From: Candidatus Chisholmbacteria bacterium
GTDB taxonomy: Bacteria > Patescibacteriota > Microgenomatia > UBA1400 > Chisholmbacteraceae
Direction of reading: 5' to 3'
DNA: 64,000 bases
Assembly (NCBI GenBank): GCA_963704905.1
Contig: CAVPHZ010000001.1
Span: forward strand, 643,438 to 707,437
A program made the position numbers and the translations under genes. Of this stretch, positions 61,186 to 64,000 are shown one piece after another. Under the pieces are notes generated by a model. The model had not been told where the DNA came from. It worked only from the letters and a program-made list of their open reading frames with translations, and ran no database searches. Each line of letters starts with the position of its first letter. Position 1 is the stretch's first letter.

Positions 61186-61794
61186 ATGAGTGAAACATCA
61201 GAAGGGCTTGAAAAACCACACACTTTCGGAGGTTTAGAGCAGGTAACTCCGGAAGGAAAGGATGATACTGGCGTGACGGTGGGGACTGAGAGTATTGGGA
61301 AGATTCCTGGAGAGCGGTTGGCCATCAAAGCCGATGAGCTGTTAGATAGAGCCAAAGAGTTTGGACAAGGCATGGTTGAACGTTTTCAAGGAGAAGAAGA
61401 TCAGTGGGATGAGGATTCGGTTGACGGACTCCGAAAGACGATGGCTGAGTTGGCCCGATCAAAACAATGGGATGAAAGTCGTTATGGCCAATTGACTGAT
61501 GTGATAAATGAAAAGACCGTTGCTCTAATTCAAGGTATTGGAAGCCGAATTCAGAGTGCGAGAGATTTTTTTGGTGATAAGGACATTTCGTTTGATCCAG
61601 AGCTTATGCAACACATGGAGACCAGGCGTGATAATTTACGAGCTCATTTGGAAGACCCACAGGAGCGTCGGCGTTATCCACTCCTTCAACCGTTAGCGCG
61701 GCTCACGACAAGATTGAAAATTAGAGCTGCTGAGAAAGCAATAGCACAGCAAGAAGCAGTACGATTGAAAGCACCCATTTTGGCAGGGGAGTAG
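61186..61794 (+). CDS. hypothetical protein
   Basis: Likely start ATG 61186, 7 nt after TATAGT. Confidence 0.65.
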   Translation: MSETSEGLEKPHTFGGLEQVTPEGKDDTGVTVGTESIGKIPGERLAIKADELLDRAKEFGQGMVERFQGEEDQWDEDSVDGLRKTMAELARSKQWDESRYGQLTDVINEKTVALIQGIGSRIQSARDFFGDKDISFDPELMQHMETRRDNLRAHLEDPQERRRYPLLQPLARLTTRLKIRAAEKAIAQQEAVRLKAPILAGE

Positions 61795-61807
61795 TTTTTC
61801 GCTCAAT

Positions 61808-62113
61808 ATGACCAATAATTCGAAAGATCTGACAGTTGAAAATAGAGTGGAGATGAGCAATCTTCCACAGCCAACCAAAGACATCATTTTAAATCTTGTT
61901 CCGTTCATGGATAAGGATCCAGCGATAAAAAAACGAATCGTTGATCTGCTTCAACTAGAGGAGGATTTCGCAGCCTATCAGGCTCAAAAGACTGAAGATT
62001 TTGTAAGGGGACTTGAGGAACTAGAGAAGTATGCCAATCAAGTTGGAGGGAAAGCAAATCAAGTATCAGCTATAGGCAAGAATAAGTCGGCACTCTTCTC
62101 TAAAAAAGAGTAG
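61808..62113 (+). CDS. hypothetical protein
   Basis: 101-aa helical ORF following the previous gene. Confidence 0.6.
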   Translation: MTNNSKDLTVENRVEMSNLPQPTKDIILNLVPFMDKDPAIKKRIVDLLQLEEDFAAYQAQKTEDFVRGLEELEKYANQVGGKANQVSAIGKNKSALFSKKE

Positions 62114-62422
62114 GGTATTTTCGTTTTACCTCTCTTAATTCTCCCATTTTAAGTTATCAAAAAGAGATTCTGACGGTTTGAGCGGATGGTGCGGCGGACG
62201 AGCCGGTCGTTATTACTATTCAGTTATAGTGGTTCAAGGCCAGCTTTTATTGTGGGTAAATACGAGGTCGGACCTCGTATGCTCGTACACTCGATAAGTG
62301 AAGGATTCAGTACTATTCATCTTGCCGAAAAAGGGGTCAAGGCCAGCGTTTTTTGTGCACTTTCCTAATGGATCGACAACTATTTTCCAGCTCTGTGGTA
62401 CAATATAAATTGACAAATACTT

Positions 62423-62980
62423 ATGGGTCTTCCTGTTGTAGAGACAGAGCGATATTTTGTAGGAGTTGAGGAACGTTCAGATTACGAGGACGATCGCTTC
62501 CGGCGCTATCAAGATCAGAATGGAATTCTTCCAAAACCTCTTTATTCTCAAGTTCGAACACTTTCTTTATCCCCTGAATATTTTTACTCAGCCGTCTCCT
62601 CTGTTAGCACACCCACTCGCGCACAAGCCGAAACTATGATGGAAAGAGCAGGTGTTGAGGATGACGGTGAGGAGATCGTTGTGTCCTATAGCATACTCCG
62701 TAATAATACCCTATGGTTATTCGATGGGCCGGAAGAACCGGAACAAGACCTTTTACAGGTCGTGTTACAGGTCTTTGGTCACCGACTTCGATATTGGAAA
62801 AATGTTCCATCCTGGTGTGATCAGGAGGTGTTTGCCGAGGCACTGTTGATTCATGATAGAAATGAAGAACATCAGCGATTCACTGCCAGCCTTCCACACA
62901 TCTTTCCAAATGAGAGTGACAATGCTCTGCTTAATAGCTTGGTTTCACAGCTATCCAAGGAAACTTTCCCAGCTGGATAG
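62423..62980 (+). CDS. hypothetical protein
   Basis: 185-aa ORF downstream of TGnTACAAT. Confidence 0.65.
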   Translation: MGLPVVETERYFVGVEERSDYEDDRFRRYQDQNGILPKPLYSQVRTLSLSPEYFYSAVSSVSTPTRAQAETMMERAGVEDDGEEIVVSYSILRNNTLWLFDGPEEPEQDLLQVVLQVFGHRLRYWKNVPSWCDQEVFAEALLIHDRNEEHQRFTASLPHIFPNESDNALLNSLVSQLSKETFPAG

Positions 62981-62997
62981 GTTTTTTGTGGATTTTT

Positions 62998-63933
62998 TTA
63001 ATATGAAGGCGTAGGAGGAATGTAGTCAGATGTTGGTTCTATGGGGAAGAGTTTGATTTCTTGCCAGGAGTTGATGAGGTAGCCGCTGATACCTACTTGA
63101 GAATTGAAGGTTGAATCAAGGTAGGTGTCGGAAAAGGCTTGGATTTCAAGTTTCACTGGAACCAATTGGTTGGTCGAGAGAGTGATGAGCTCCTCGTTTC
63201 GAGCGTCTGATTTGAGGCCGTGGACGGATAGCTCTCGCCGGTCGTCGGAGAGATCCCAAATTGTAAACGCAGCGTAGGGATTATCGGGATTGGCGCTGGA
63301 GATGTGCTTTGTAAGTATGGCATAGAGCGTATAGACTGTGCGATCTGGGTTGGGAGTAACATTTCTGATGTCTACGATTCCTGGCTGGTTTTGACTGAGG
63401 AGACTTTGGAGTGTGGCAGGTAGGTTGTCGGTGCGGTGCTGTTTGAACGTGTGGTGATAGGTGGTCAGATTTTGTGGGTAATAATTTAGATGAATGGAGA
63501 TGAACGGGTATTCAAAATCATAGAGAAGACGGTGTTCTTGTTCATACAGATCCACCTGATTTATTTCTTGAAAAGTGATGATGCTGTTGAGCAGATGATC
63601 AAGAGAAGAGAGATACTCCGGGTCCTCTGATTTGAGAGAATGAAAGGCATTTAATTCCGGTAGATTGTATTGGCGCCAGTCAGCATGGTTTCTTTTTATT
63701 TGCTCTTGGCGGTATTTTTCCTCTTCTTCGTCATGAGATTGACTGAACGCGTTTTGATCTAATCGGATGTCATTTTGGTAAAGATCGGTGTAGTTTTCAA
63801 ACTGCCAGTCGACATCAGCATATTTTTGGTAGAGCTTAAGTCGATGTTCTTTGAGTGTATGAAGGGCAAGCTTCAGACCCGCAAGTTGGGATTTTTCTAT
63901 ATCGGTCAGCTCATCTTTGGCAGTCAACTCCAT
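62998..63933 (-). CDS. hypothetical protein
   Basis: 311-aa ORF with GAGG SD. Confidence 0.7.
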   Translation of the reverse strand: MELTAKDELTDIEKSQLAGLKLALHTLKEHRLKLYQKYADVDWQFENYTDLYQNDIRLDQNAFSQSHDEEEEKYRQEQIKRNHADWRQYNLPELNAFHSLKSEDPEYLSSLDHLLNSIITFQEINQVDLYEQEHRLLYDFEYPFISIHLNYYPQNLTTYHHTFKQHRTDNLPATLQSLLSQNQPGIVDIRNVTPNPDRTVYTLYAILTKHISSANPDNPYAAFTIWDLSDDRRELSVHGLKSDARNEELITLSTNQLVPVKLEIQAFSDTYLDSTFNSQVGISGYLINSWQEIKLFPIEPTSDYIPPTPSY

Positions 63934-64000
63934 AACCTCGGATTCGAGCTGAGGAAGGAGTGATTGTTGCTGTGGAAATGCATCTGAAGATAGATGCTGG

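Larger units (their letters stand above)
60593..62998 (+). repeat. dispersed degenerate copies of the 5S 3' end plus trailer (GTCAAGGCCAGC-n-T5-6-GTGG)
   Basis: 60593-60620 (native), 61061-61088 (24/28), 62234-62255, 62326-62357; trailer only at 62983-62998 (15/16). Confidence 0.8.

Noticed and set aside
60593-62998. CRISPR or classical integron attC array
   Set aside because: Spacing is irregular (70-1150 bp), repeats are not palindromic attC-type, and no IntI or Cas is present

Overview
Bacterial chromosome segment, very likely from a CPR/Patescibacteria (Microgenomates-like) organism, judged from the 16S primer-site variants, unlinked rRNA genes and gene repertoire. (i) 1-30.4 kb: large surface-glycosylation locus with GT2 and GT4 glycosyltransferases, four SAM methyltransferases, a nucleotidyltransferase, an epimerase, a polyprenol-P glycosyltransferase and five GT-C-type membrane proteins; three of the GT-C proteins are 935-1325 aa YfhO-like paralogs sharing a WW-x(2-5)-[ED]Y C-terminal tail. 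(ii) 30.5-37 kb: a 7TM protein plus four different ATP-grasp ligases, one fused to an aspartyl protease. (iii) mnmA and a beta-propeller protein. (iv) An 'exploded' rRNA operon: 16S, tRNA-Ile, tRNA-Ala, 23S and 5S keep their canonical order and strand, but about 14.8 kb separates 16S from 23S, with a duplicated promoter and boxA. The gap contains obgE, three PKD-like-repeat surface proteins and two 1.6-1.9 kb hairpin-dense non-coding regions carrying rRNA-type boxA motifs. (v) Downstream of 5S, orphan genes are separated by degenerate copies of the 5S 3' end, suggesting repeated cassette insertion at stable-RNA 3' ends. No integrase, transposase, RT or CRISPR is visible. All calls are by eye; no searches were run.
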